64,000 nt of DNA from Cyanophora paradoxa CCMP329. Lineage: Eukaryota; Plantae; Glaucophyta. Each line of letters opens with the position of its first letter. The first letter of the stretch is position 1. The position numbers and the translations under genes were made by a program. The stretch is from positions 62,001-126,000 of the forward strand of contig QPMI01000114.1 in the NCBI GenBank assembly GCA_004431415.1, written 5' to 3'. Shown here piece by piece: positions 30,301-41,542 of the stretch. Below the pieces are notes generated by a model. It saw only the letters and a program-made list of their open reading frames with translations, had not been told where the DNA came from and made no database searches.

Positions 30301-33300
30301 CGGAGAGGAGGTGCCAGTTGACCCTCTCATCGCCCTCCTGCTTTGCCTGCAGCAGCATCCGCCATCGGTGCGCAGTGATGGTCGCGGCCGCCTGCCTGAA
30401 GGGCTTGAAGTATTCAAGACGGGCTTGGCGCAGGACCTGGCGACTGGCGCGCCCGAGCGCGTCTGTACCTGCCCTCGCATTCTTCCACGGGGGCGCCCGA
30501 CACTTCTACTAGCTCCACCGTGCCGGGGATCGTGCAGAGTGCGGACGCGTGCTCTACCCATCCTCCCACCGCCGTCCCGTACTTGCCCTCGTCATCGCAG
30601 GTGCTCGTCGCCCGGCAGGCCGCGCCGGCGCCTTGAGGGCAGACGTGGTTGTCGTGCCAGTGGCGGCGGCCCTCTCCCGGTACGATATTAAAGCGGCGCG
30701 CAGCTGGGGCGGGCGGCCCTTCGCGGGGTCCGAGCTGACAGTGGCCATCGCAGCGGCAGTAGGCTCCGTTGGCCTCGTCGTCGGCCTCTTCTGGACGGGG
30801 ACCCAGTGCTCCAGCCGGCACTCCGTCGCTACTAGGCTGCCGGCCTCGGCCTCAGCGGAGCGGACCCGGCCGATTTCCGGTACCGCATCCGTCTCGTGAA
30901 TCGTTGCGAGGTCGTAGTAGCAGACGAAGTCTCCCGGTTGGTGAATTAACTTCCTTGCCCCGCCCGGAAGCTGTACCATGGCCGAGGAAGGGGTACCGGG
31001 CGGTTGCCGCATGGGGTATCGGAGGGCGCCCGAACCGCGCCCGTCGATCGTGAGGGCCTTGGCCACCGCCTTCCACCAGGCGGGCGCTGCCCAAGGGAGC
31101 GTGCCGCGGGGGGCGCGGAGGTGCAGGTCTCGCCAGGTGCAGAGGCGTTCCCCATCGCGCGCCGTGACGTCGGACATCCAGTAGAGCCGTGCGCGGTGGA
31201 GGGCGGGCGCAGCCGTGCTGAACACTTCCCGGGGAATGTGTGAGGTAAGCACGAATTCCCGGCGCAGTTCCGCGGGGTCGGGCCAAGTGGCTGCGGGGGG
31301 GTACGGCGTGAACAAGAAGCGGGCGTGGTTGGACTGGATCCGGTAGAGCCGGCGCTGCAGGAGCGGCATCACTGCGGCGATCGCATTCGATCGAGCAAGC
31401 TGGCGTGACACTGGGGCGTTCAGGAACTCGGTCGGCAGCAGCGGGACGCCTAGCTTGCGCTGGAGGTCCCGGATGCGGTGCATCATCACCTGAGATAGCA
31501 GCTCTTCCGGCTCGCCACAGAGGCGGACGAGCAGATCCGTGATTTGGTTCTTGGCCATCATGTGCGCTGTGCGCGGCAGGCTGTACGTGCCGTGGCTCCA
31601 GAGCGCGTAGTTGGAAGTCGATGCCGCCAGGCCCCCATGGTGCTTAACCACGCGCATCCAGATGGCATCTAGGCGATCGCACTGCCTCTCTGTGAGCGGC
31701 GTCACTTTGAGCCCGTAGGCGATCCGCGCCTGCACGACGGCCTCGACAACGTAGCAGGCCTCTTGCGCGGTCAGCTGCTTACGAGCTATGACCGCCACCG
31801 TCTCGCGAGCCTGCGTTTCCATCTGTCTGATCTGCTCCTTCCACGACAGGTTCGCGGTCAGGTAGACGCCGAGCAGCTTGAAATGCTCGCCCGGTTTCAG
31901 CTTCTTGCCGACCGGGACGCGGGGATTGCCGAGCAGCGGGGGTTCAGGCTCGGGTGAGACGTTGTTGTACGCAAACTCTGTTTTCCGCGCGTTGACGGCG
32001 ATGTCGTGCAGGCGGAAGAATTCAGACGCCACGTCCGCGAGCATCTGGATCCCTTCGGCCGATCCGCTCATCCACTGCGTGTCGTCCGCGTAGGCGCTCC
32101 CGGTCACCCGTGCGGGGGCGAAGTCCGCGTCGTCTTCGCCCATGCCCATGACGTACGCGACCCCCGCGCCCCCCTTTTCCTGCTCGAGCCTGTCCAATTC
32201 TTGTTGAGCGCAGAGCAAGGCATCGTAGAAGATGAGCCAGTGGAGCGGGGATTCGATGCCGCCCTGCGGGAGCCCACATTCGAGTTCAAACACGTCTGAC
32301 AGTCCGTGGCCCGTGATAGCTCGCGCCCGGCGTCGTTCGAATATGTTGCGGTGCAGGTCGATGTACGTCTCGGGGGCCCCGATGCGTCGGAGGGAGAGCT
32401 CCATGCTGGCCCAGGAAACTGAATCGTACGCCCGTCTGATATCCTGTAGCAAGAGGTAGATGGGCTTGCGGTGCTCCTTAGCGTCCTCTAGAATAGCGAC
32501 CATTAGGTGAAGGGCATCATCGGTCGCCTTAGCCTTCCTGAAGCCATAATTTACCCCTTAAGGATTCCGTGCTTCTCGATGGCCTCGGCTAGCCGTTTCG
32601 TGACGAGGCCCGTCGTTAGCTTGAGGCCAACTTCCTGCAGCGTGATCGGGCGGAGGTTCCCTTCAATGTCTCCGTCCCAGCTCCCGTTCTTGGGGATCCC
32701 GAAGATATTGCTCTCACACATCTCGGCGGGCAGGTCGCGCAGGCGGAGGGCCTCGCAGACGATGGCCATCAGGAGCCGACGACCGCGGGGGGGGTACGCC
32801 TCTGGATCCATGGCGTCCGGCAGGTCGGGGTTCCAGAGCGTCTTCAGGATCGCGTTCGTGCAGTTGGAGGGCCCTCCCGCTCCATCCGTGAGCGAGCGCA
32901 CGTGTGCCCCTAGCTCTTCGTACGTAGGCTCAGCCATGACTCCCGCGAAGGCTTCCGCGGTCGCCACGTGCGTCCGAGGGGGCGGTAGAGCGCGCGCCAG
33001 AAGTCGGGGGGCAGGAAGGCTAGCTGGGAGTCGGGTATTAAGTCCGCTGTGCACCCTACCAGGGGGTTTCTCTTCGCACACCACTGACGCCAGTGCTCCG
33101 CCATCACTGCCTTCACCTCCTCGGGGCCGTGTAAATTTCATAGAAGTTGCCTTCGCGCGCGAGGCGGGTGACGTGCATGATCGGCTCCCCCTGGACCGCT
33201 CCAGAATGGAGTCTAGATAGCTGCGCAGCTTGCGCGGGTCTGCAAACCGGGCCTGGCGCGCAGTAACGAATTCCTGGATCTGTCGCTGCTTCTCTGCGCG

Positions 33301-35621
33301 CGTCTCGTGTTGGTGGCGCCGGCGGACGCGGTTGCGCCATGCGTTCAGCGACCGGAAGTACAGCCGCCACGCTACGTAGCGCCCCGGGAACGGCGCCTCG
33401 TCGTCAGCGTCGCGTACGGGGCGGCGGGGCATGGGTTCGGGTCCGGGGACGAGCCCTTTGATGAGAGCCTCCAGTTTCTCGATCCGGGCGACCAGCGGGG
33501 CCGACGGCAAGCCTCCGGGCGCTTCAACAGTCCATCCAGCGATCAGGCGCTCCACTTTCTTGGACATGACCAGCTGCCACGGCACCGCTCTGCGAGTGGG
33601 CGGGCGCGATCCGCGGGCTTTCAAGCATTTGTGTTCCTTAGCGAGTGTCAGCACCGCCTCCGTGGCCTGTCGGTAGAGAGAGCTGACCCGGTCCCTGCGC
33701 TCTTGTTCCGTGCCCGCCGCGCCTAGCGCTTTCTCAAGATCGCTTTCCAGGGCTTGCAGACGGTCTTCTACAGCCTTTCGGAAGGCCGGCAGCTTCTCCT
33801 TCTCAGTAGGTGCGGTGCGAAGAGCGGCGGCGGGTGCGCCGGGCGGGCATCGCCCGCGGGCGGTCTGGCGAGTTCGGCTTTGAGCAGATCGTAGTCGGCC
33901 ATGACCGGGAAGTGGTCAGAGGGGTGCGGTAGCGCACCTCTGGCGGCAGCGGGTGCACCGCCAGGAGCGCTGGCGCGAGACCTGCAGAGTGCAACACCGC
34001 ATCGATACGTCCTGCCGAGATGACCGCGGCGCCTTCGGCGACGGCGGGCCCGTCCATTTGCTGGTCCTGTTCCGAGTCCGAGTCGTCGGCGCCGTCGTCC
34101 CCGCCATCCTCTTCGGCGCCGTGCTGGCTCGGGCCGCGCCTGATGAAGGTAACTTCGTGTTCGTGGCCTTTCTGTGTCGCCGCGTCAACTAGTGCCCAGG
34201 TGCCGGTCAGTTTTCCCCACCACTCGCGTTCCGGCGTCCAGGACTGGACGAACCGTCCCGCGCGGATGCGGGACGTGGCCGGCGTCTTCACGGAGTTCCA
34301 GTCGCCGAGAAGGATGAGGTGCGCGGTCGAGCGCGATCGGAAGTCCGCGTAGATGCGCTCGATGCATTCGAGGAGCGCCGCCTGATCGGTCTTGTGCTCA
34401 GGCTTCCGCTGGGTGGCCGGCATGTATACGCTCACTACGAAGAGCTGGCGGTTTCCCTTAAAGCGCATTTCACAGCCGGCAAGCCGGCCCGGGTAGTGAT
34501 AGTGGCGCGCGATGTGCCGCGCCCAGGGCGCCGCCACCCATAGCGCCGCTCCGTTTCCTTTCGGTTTTGTTTTCTTAATTGAGTGGATTAGGCGACCCCG
34601 CGTGATCGAGCTCTTGGGGGGCTCGCCGGGCTCCGCTGCCGGGGTGAAGAGCGCCGAGTGCAGTTCGGCGCGCGTGACTGAGAGCTCTTGGAGAGCCATC
34701 ACGTCGACCCCCCATTTCACGGCGAAGTCTTCGGCCTGCTGAAGCCGGCCCTCGGACGTGCCCCGCACGTTAAAGGTCATCATCCTGAGATTCCCCTCCG
34801 GCTTGTGGCGCATGAGCGATGGGGGCGGGCCTATGAGGGGGCTCCCTGAGGCGTAATGGGTGGTTGGGAAAAGGTCGCCAAACGAGATATGCCCCGGAGC
34901 GTTAGTGTTGACGTCTACAGCGGCAGACACGTTAGGGGGGTCGGACAGCGTCTAGGGTTGGAGGATGTCTGTGCTCGGCGGGACGCGCGCAGCGGTCCGA
35001 CTGATCAGCTAGTTGGTCACATCTGGCTGCCCAGAGATGCGCGTGCACGTGGTTCCAGGCGTGCGTGTGCCTAGCCGCCCCGGACCCGTCGCCTGTGCGC
35101 CGCATCGTCCAAGTCTCAAAAGTCTGCGGTCGGGAAGCCGTCAAATTACAGCTGACACGTACAGTAGCGGCCTCGCAGGAAAGGGGCGCTAAATGCGCGT
35201 CTGGGCGGGAAATGGGCGATGCGGCTTGCCCAGCCTCAGCGACTTGGCGCTTGGGGGAGGAGGAGGAGGCGGGTCTGAGAGCGGGTCGGTAGAGAGCGGG
35301 TCGGCAGCGGGTGTATGGCGAGGCGTGGCCAGGGAGGCCAGACGTAGCTCGGCAAGGAGATTGATTCAAGAGGGCGGTCCAGGGTGTGCGTGAGACGCGG
35401 TAACTGCTTGCAGTTACATCACCCAGGGACTCCCGGGCGATGTTGCCGCGTTGGCGGGGCGGTTTGGAGAGAGTGGCCGGCATACCTACGCAGACATCGC
35501 GGCGGACGCTACCTAGGCTGTCGCGGCCTCTACTCTCGCACTGGTGATCGCGCACGCAGCGCTACGCTGCGAGCTAGGCGGGTTGGCAGGCGCCTTCCTG
35601 TTTTTTTCCCACGGGGGGTAT
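27343..35621 (-). mobile_element. Apparently full-length non-LTR retrotransposon E3 (APE-RT-RNase H-Zn fingers), no polyA tail
   Basis: Perfect 21-bp TSD cgcggaccccttcctcctacc at 27322-27342 and 35622-35642. The 3' end is shared with the copy at 53990. Confidence 0.93.
28355..35483 (-). pseudogene. E3 single ORF broken into several frames (the shift checked lies in a homopolymer; possibly assembly errors)
   Basis: APE motifs TFNVRG, LQE, SVYMP, LGDWN and RID. RT motifs RPITLQE, QDIRRAYDSV, GLPQGG and YADD. RNase H motifs WTDGS, NKAEL, HVDN and VKAH..NDIAD. Zn fingers. One G is missing at ~32555 (LKG-VNYGF). Confidence 0.85.
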
Positions 35622-36461
35622 CGCGGACCCCTTCCTCCTACCGCTCCTCCTCCAATCTTAGAGATTTAGGATAGAGCGCACCACGGCCACATTCTACGAG
35701 ACATCAAGCGGGCATCTAGGACCGTGCAGCTCACCATGCCACGCTCACTGCTAGAGGACCGGCGCATATTATGTTCTGGAGGCGACTCGGTAGACTACAG
35801 CTAAAGCACCAGCTCGACACGACTACTAGCTGTAGCACTCTTGTCACCTATCTCCTCCTGCAGTCAGCATCCCAGTATCCGGTAGGCGAGGAGCGGGGGA
35901 CTGTTGTCAAGTGTGTACGAATGCAACAGGATTTCCAAAAAAACACGCCCTGTCCTCTGATGTTCTCACAGGGCGGCCGCCCCGCCCGTGCCTGCCCCCC
36001 TCCCTGGAGCCCCCGTAGACCCCCTCTAATAGGATAAAACACCAGGCGCCCCAGACGCAATAATTATAAGATCTAGACCCGGGGGCGCGCCCGTGCGCTT
36101 AGCTCGCGCCCCCCCCCTACCCCTCCCTCCCCCCCCCCCCCCCCACCCCCTTATCAGCTGCAGTCACATATCATAGCGGCTATCGCAAGCTACCTAGATG
36201 CCCTACCCCGCCCCGCCTCCGCTCCGCCCCCTCCGGGCCCCCGGTGGGGGTACGCCTTCGCCGGCGTCTTGGAATCAGTCGTGCTGGAACCCGGCCACAC
36301 CTGGCCTGGGCCCTCAGGGGGTCGGCGCAAGCCTGCAACAGGTGCAAACGTGACCGCCTCGTTCTCATTGATGCGATGTAGTACCTTGACCGTAAATGGA
36401 GGAGCACCCAGAGCTCAAAAAAGCGGCGCCATCGAGGTCCTTCCTCGATTCCTGATCACGA

Positions 36462-37295
36462 TCACGGTGGCAACTTGAACTCTTCCAAGTAGTCTTGCAA
36501 GATCTTCCCATGGTCGAAAGACATTCGATCCCTGCAGGCACGTTTATGTTGAGCTTCGAGAATGGACCAATTGCAAAGAGGTTGCAAATCTTGCATTCTG
36601 GAGTCAGGGCCAGTTGCTCACCAAGGGATAGAGTCCACTGGGATCGCATGTACTTCCCGTGCGTCGTCCTTGGCTTTCATCGTCCCTCTCGCCTTTCCAA
36701 CGAACACCAAGGAAACTGTGTGGCGCCTCGGATCCCGCTTTGGATCACTATAAGTCCTCCACTGTCTGAAATCGTACAGATGCAGATTTGTTTCTTCGTG
36801 GGTCTCTCGTTGTGCTGCGTCCTCCATCGACTCGCCGTAATCCTGAAGAATTCAGAGAGAAGTGCGGTAGTTGGTGGCGCGTGCCCACCACGAAGCCACC
36901 CGGCAGCGCCAGGCCGAACGGAGGGTTCAGGCGCTCTCCCAGAACGATCGCGCGCTTGCCGTCCACGGTCATCTCGATGATGGCATCGACAGCGAGGAAG
37001 GGACCTGGGGGACGCGGGAGAGCGCTTTAGTGGCTCGGAGTGGCTCTGAGCATGTTCATCGGACCGGTGTTCACGGCGAGCATGCCCGACGGGATCGCCT
37101 GCACATGCGCTCATCAGAGATGCATGCGCTCGATCGCGATACACATGCGCGCCGGCGCCGGTGCGTGCGCACCCTGCAAAAGCTGAGGGCCAGCCGCGGC
37201 GCATACAGGTATCCGACAATCGCGAGTGCCAGTGCCGGCGCCGCGATGAGCCAGGCGCTGCGCGAGGTGCCCGCCGGCCGCGCCTTTCCCGCCAT
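36462..37295 (-). CDS. Nudix hydrolase (ADP-ribose pyrophosphatase-like) with N-terminal hydrophobic segment, multi-exon
   Basis: ALPGGFV..MEDAAQRETHEETNL (Nudix box), YSDPKRDPRRHTVS, AKDDA, and last exon MSFDHGKILQDYL. Confidence 0.88.
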
Positions 37296-37535
37296 GCGCG
37301 TGTTAAGCGCTCCAGACCCGATATAAGCTTAGCTGGGTTCTAGCTGGCAACGCTGGCTAACTTAGCCTAACTCAGGCTAACTGGCTAAAGCGGGTACACG
37401 AATCAAAATTCAAATTCTAGCGATACCGATCTACCCAGGTCTCTCACCACACTGTGACCACAGTGTGTGACCACACACAAACACGTCGGTACCGCCGGGA
37501 CGAGTCCGTGCTGCGTGGCGATTCAAATTCTGGCG

Positions 37536-38770
37536 ATGCCGTCGGAGGGGCAGACCGACGCGCAGATCGCTGCCTGGTGGGAGGTGCGATCTGTTCGATT
37601 CGGACAGCCCACCGGCGCTCCTAACCGGCGACCAGCGGAAGTACGAGGAGGCCGTGGAGTTGTGGGGCGAATGCGAGCGGAGAGCGACAGCGCTGCACGA
37701 GGAGAACAAGCGGTTGCAGGAGGCGGTCGAGAAGCTACAGGGAGACGAGCGCGCCTCGAATCGAGCTCTAAAGAAAAAGCTGGATGCTAGCGAGGTGCTG
37801 TTCCAGCGCCTGCTGGAGAACGTGGAAGACGAGCGTCGCCAGAACCAGGAGCTGAGGGAGTGCGGTGCGGCGAACCGAGCCTCCGGCCGGTCGCCCCTTG
37901 CTCACGGTCGCCCGCAGCCAAGGCTTCAGAGCGGCGCAAGCGGGAGGTGGAGGGAGCGTTCCAGCAGATCCTCGAGGAGGCGGAGGCGCTGCGGCACTCC
38001 AACAACGAGCTTGCAATGTCGTCAGCCGAGGTCCTGAAGGTCCAGACGCCGCGGCCGGACGCGCCGCGAGGGCCGCCCCAGCGCCGCCGCAGGTGAACGA
38101 GGTGCTGCACGAGCGCGTGAGGCTGTTGGAGGGGCATGTACAACTACTCCAGGTCCGCTGCCGGATCGGGACCCGAGTGCAGCGCGACCCTCAGGCGGGG
38201 TGTCGCAGGAGCAGCTGGAACAGCTCCGCGGCGAGAACGCGGAGCTGAAGACCGAGGCGCGGTCCTCCGCGGCTGCCGCGGCAGCGGCCGCCGCCGCCGC
38301 TTCCGCCTCCGCGTACCAGTGTGACTGCCGCTACTCGGTTCCGGCCCCTGCGCCGCCGCCGCCGCAGCCTCCGGTTCGGTATGCCTCGGACAGGATCGAG
38401 GAGGAGATCAACAGGCGCCTGGGGCGATCCTGGGGAGCCTCGAGCGGCTGCACACCAGCGCTAGCGCCCCGGCGAGCCCGGCACCGCACCGCGCCCGCCT
38501 CTCCCTTTCCCCCGCCCGGCCCCTCTGGTCACCCAGGCGGCCGCCGCGCGCGCCGTCTCCGCCCGCCCCGCCGCCGGCACGAGGAGCTGGAGGAGGTGGC
38601 GTATCCGCCGAGGAGGGGAGGGCCCAGAGGAGGCCGAGGACATTGACGCCCTCGCGATCGCCGGGGACGTGCGACGGGCGCTCCGCCAGGGCACCCGGGA
38701 CGCCAGCCAGGCAGCCGCCCCGGCCCGGCGCGCCCCGACCCGGCCCCTCTCGACCTACCCACCCCAAAGC
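37536..38770 (+). CDS. Second copy of the coiled-coil gene (some indels)
   Basis: Same exons as 5021-6260. Confidence 0.55.
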
Positions 38771-40903
38771 CTAGGGGTACCTCTTCGCAGGGGCGGCGGC
38801 GGGGGCGCACCGGCCTCCCGCCCGCCGCCGAGTCGCCGGCGCGCGCCGCCGCCGCCGCCGCCGCCGCTTCGGCCGGAGCCGCGCCACGTGGGCCAGCAGC
38901 TCGCCCGCCTGAGGCGAGGCTCCTTTCCCTTCCGCTTCGCCCCTTCTTTCTTTGTCTTGCCTGGCCTCTCCGGCAGCATCGAGCGCGAGGTGCACGCCAA
39001 CATGCACCTCGGCAGCGTCGGGGCCCCGGGCCCGCCTCGGCATCCTCCTGCGCCTGTGCCTGCGCCCCGCCCAGCGGAGCCCCCGCCCCGCCAGCTCAGC
39101 CGCCGGCCCGCCGCCCCGACGGGGCCCGGGGCCCGCGCCGCCTGGAGCGAGCCTTCTCCGACGCCCGCTCCCTCCCCGACGAGCCCACACCTCCCCCGTA
39201 CCCCGTCGTCTGAGCGGCGCACCCCCCAGGGTTCGCGGAGCTGGTGCGGGGGGTGGACCCGGACGTGCTGGCGGGGCACAGGGTGCAGGGCGGCTCGCTG
39301 GGGTATCGGCATCGACCTCCAGCGGTGCGGCGTCCTTCGCCTTCGGAGGGCCTCTCTCGCCGGTGCTCGACCCTAGGCTGACGTCTCCGGCCGGTCCGCC
39401 CCTCTCCCCCCTCCTCCCTCCCCCTCTCCCCGGTCTGATCGCCGGCAGGCGCGTGCTGAACGTGCGGCGGCTGATGCGGGGGGAGCTGAAGCACTCCCTC
39501 GAGAGCGTCGAAGAGGGACGCGGGGCCGCAGGCAGCGGGCGGGGACGGCGCTCGCCATCCTCGGGGCCGTCGACCTCGTCCGCCCCGCCCCGCCCCGGAC
39601 CAGGGTTCCCGGCTGGCTGCGCGACGCGGCGAAGCCCGCCTCCCCTTCTCCCGCCCCCCTCCCCCCGGCCCCGCCCGACGCCCCGCGCGGGTGCGGCGGG
39701 CGTCGGAGCTGGCGCGCACCTGCGGCATCCACCTCTTCGCCAACCTCGCCCGCGGCTCCGGCTCTCATACGCCCCAGTGCAGTCGCTGTGCCCCTCGACG
39801 GCGATCGTGCACAACCTCTGCTTCACCACCCGTCTCGGCAAGGCCGGCCCCGCCCCTGCCCCCCCTCCCTCCTCCTCGGGCCCTCGCGCGCCCTCGGCCT
39901 CGCAGCTGGGCGGGCCGGCGGCGGGGCGCCCGGCGCCTCGGGGTCGACCCCCGCTGCTGGCCCCGCCACTGGGCCCCGAAGGGCCGGCCCCGCCGCCCCC
40001 GCCCCGGGCCGCGCCCCGCAGCTGGGCCCCCCTCGCGCCTCCCCCGCAGGGGCGCTGGGGGAGCTCGAGGCGCCCTCTTCGTCGGGCCCGAGGGTGCCCC
40101 CAGCGCCACCCCGCCCCCTCCATCCCCGCCGCCTCCTCCTGGGCGCGCGGGCGCCGACTCTGCTGCGCGCGCACGCGCCGACTCTGGGCCATTCATGGCC
40201 ATCTTCCACTATAGCTAGTAGAATGGGGCAGGAAGTGACACTGTCCTGACAATATTAATGCAAATAGTGTCAGATTAAAAGTGTCGGCCGGCCTGACACT
40301 ACTTGGAGCGGGGCTTCTCTTCTAGTGATCTACAGCAGTCCGACGGTCACTGAGTCTCCTACTGCACTAAACAAGAACTAACGAACTAACGAACAAAATG
40401 AACGAGGGAGGAGTGATCAGAGAGGGGCACACATATTACAGACGTCGACAGGACAAGTATTGAATTGCACTGCAGCGGGCCACGAACGGAAAGCGACCGG
40501 CCGCGGGCCGAGCTCAGGATCAACGCGAGCAGCTTCGAATTCGCGAGCACTGGCCATGGGGACCTGGCCGGGGCCCTCCGCAGGACCCGCCCCGCTGCGC
40601 ATGCTCGGGGCCCCCAGAGGCGAGGCGCCAGCAGCGGGTCGACCCGCGGCCGCGCGGGCTGCCGGCGCCGGGGGAAGGCCGCGCGGGCCGCGCGCCAGGA
40701 AGGCCGCCGGGGGCGGGGCGGCGGGGCGCGGGGCGAGGATGGTGGGGCGTCGACGTCGGTGGCGAACGAAGGGGTGGACTCCGGGAGGGGGTCTGCGGTC
40801 GGGCGGGTGGGCGGGCGGGCGGGGCCCCGAGAAGCCAAGGAGGAGGCGGACGTGGGTGAAGGAGCAGGGGCGGGGGGCGCGGGTTGGGGCGGGGCCGGGG
40901 CGG

Positions 40904-41050
40904 TCAGGGCGGGAGGAAGAAAGTGTCGTCGAGGGAGACCACCTCGCCCCGCACCTGCCGCCCCCGCCCTCGGCCCGAGAGGCGGGGGCGGGGGGCGGGG
41001 GCCGGCGCGCACCCGCGTGTGGTTGTGCCGCAGGAAGGTCGCCAGCTCGG
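40904..41050 (-). pseudogene. 3' fragment of the FUT8-like gene
   Basis: Only ELATFLRHNHT and GEVVSLDDTFFLPP* are retained before the duplication breakpoint. Confidence 0.75.
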
Positions 41051-41542
41051 CTGCACTGCGGCAGGCCCCCTCCCCCGGGCCCCACGGTGGCCTCCCCGCG
41101 GCCGCCGACGGCGACGTCGGCCCCGCTCCCGATGCGCCCCTCGAGCTCGCGGCCCCCGTCCTCGCCCGCCAGTGCAGCGCATCGATATCCGGAGCTCCCG
41201 CCCCCGCGGCCGCCACATGCGCCTCCGCCGGCCGCGCGGTCGCGAGCTCGAGGGCGCCCTGCCGCCGGCTGATGCGGGCGCCTCGCGCTGCGGAGCTTGA
41301 CCGCCGGCGCAGGCCTAGGCCCCGGGGCCGCGGGCCCCCGCGGGGCCGGAGCTCGCTCGGACCCCGCAGCCTGCAGCTGCCGTGAGCTAGCGCCGCCCCG
41401 GCGGGCGCCGGCGCCGCCAGGACCCGGGCGCCCACGCCTTGCGCTTCCGAGGTCGAGGGCAGCCAGCGCGCGCTGAACTCTTTCTCACTAGTTTTCCAGC
41501 CCAGTTTCGTTTTCGTTCTAGCTATATAGGTATATATCATAG

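Larger units (their letters stand above)
16654..35943 (+). mobile_element. Non-LTR retrotransposon E2, 5'-truncated within APE, with A7 tail; E3 is nested in its 3' UTR
   Basis: Perfect 17-bp TSD cacgccctgtcctctga at 16637-16653 and 35944-35960. A-tail at 35937-35943. Confidence 0.92.
16315..36152 (-). mobile_element. Non-autonomous retroposon copy X (~530 bp net, internally inverted), host of nested E2 and E3
   Basis: 17-bp TSD atcagctgcagWcacat at 16298-16314 and 36153-36169 (1 mismatch). T-run at 16314-16319. Homologous to element Y at 43.3-44.0 kb. Confidence 0.72.
37459..41050 (+). repeat. Segmental duplication of 4944-~8612
   Basis: Near-identical sequence with small indels and a ~75-bp deletion at ~38875. 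Identity ends abruptly after gccagctcgg at 41050. Confidence 0.95.
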
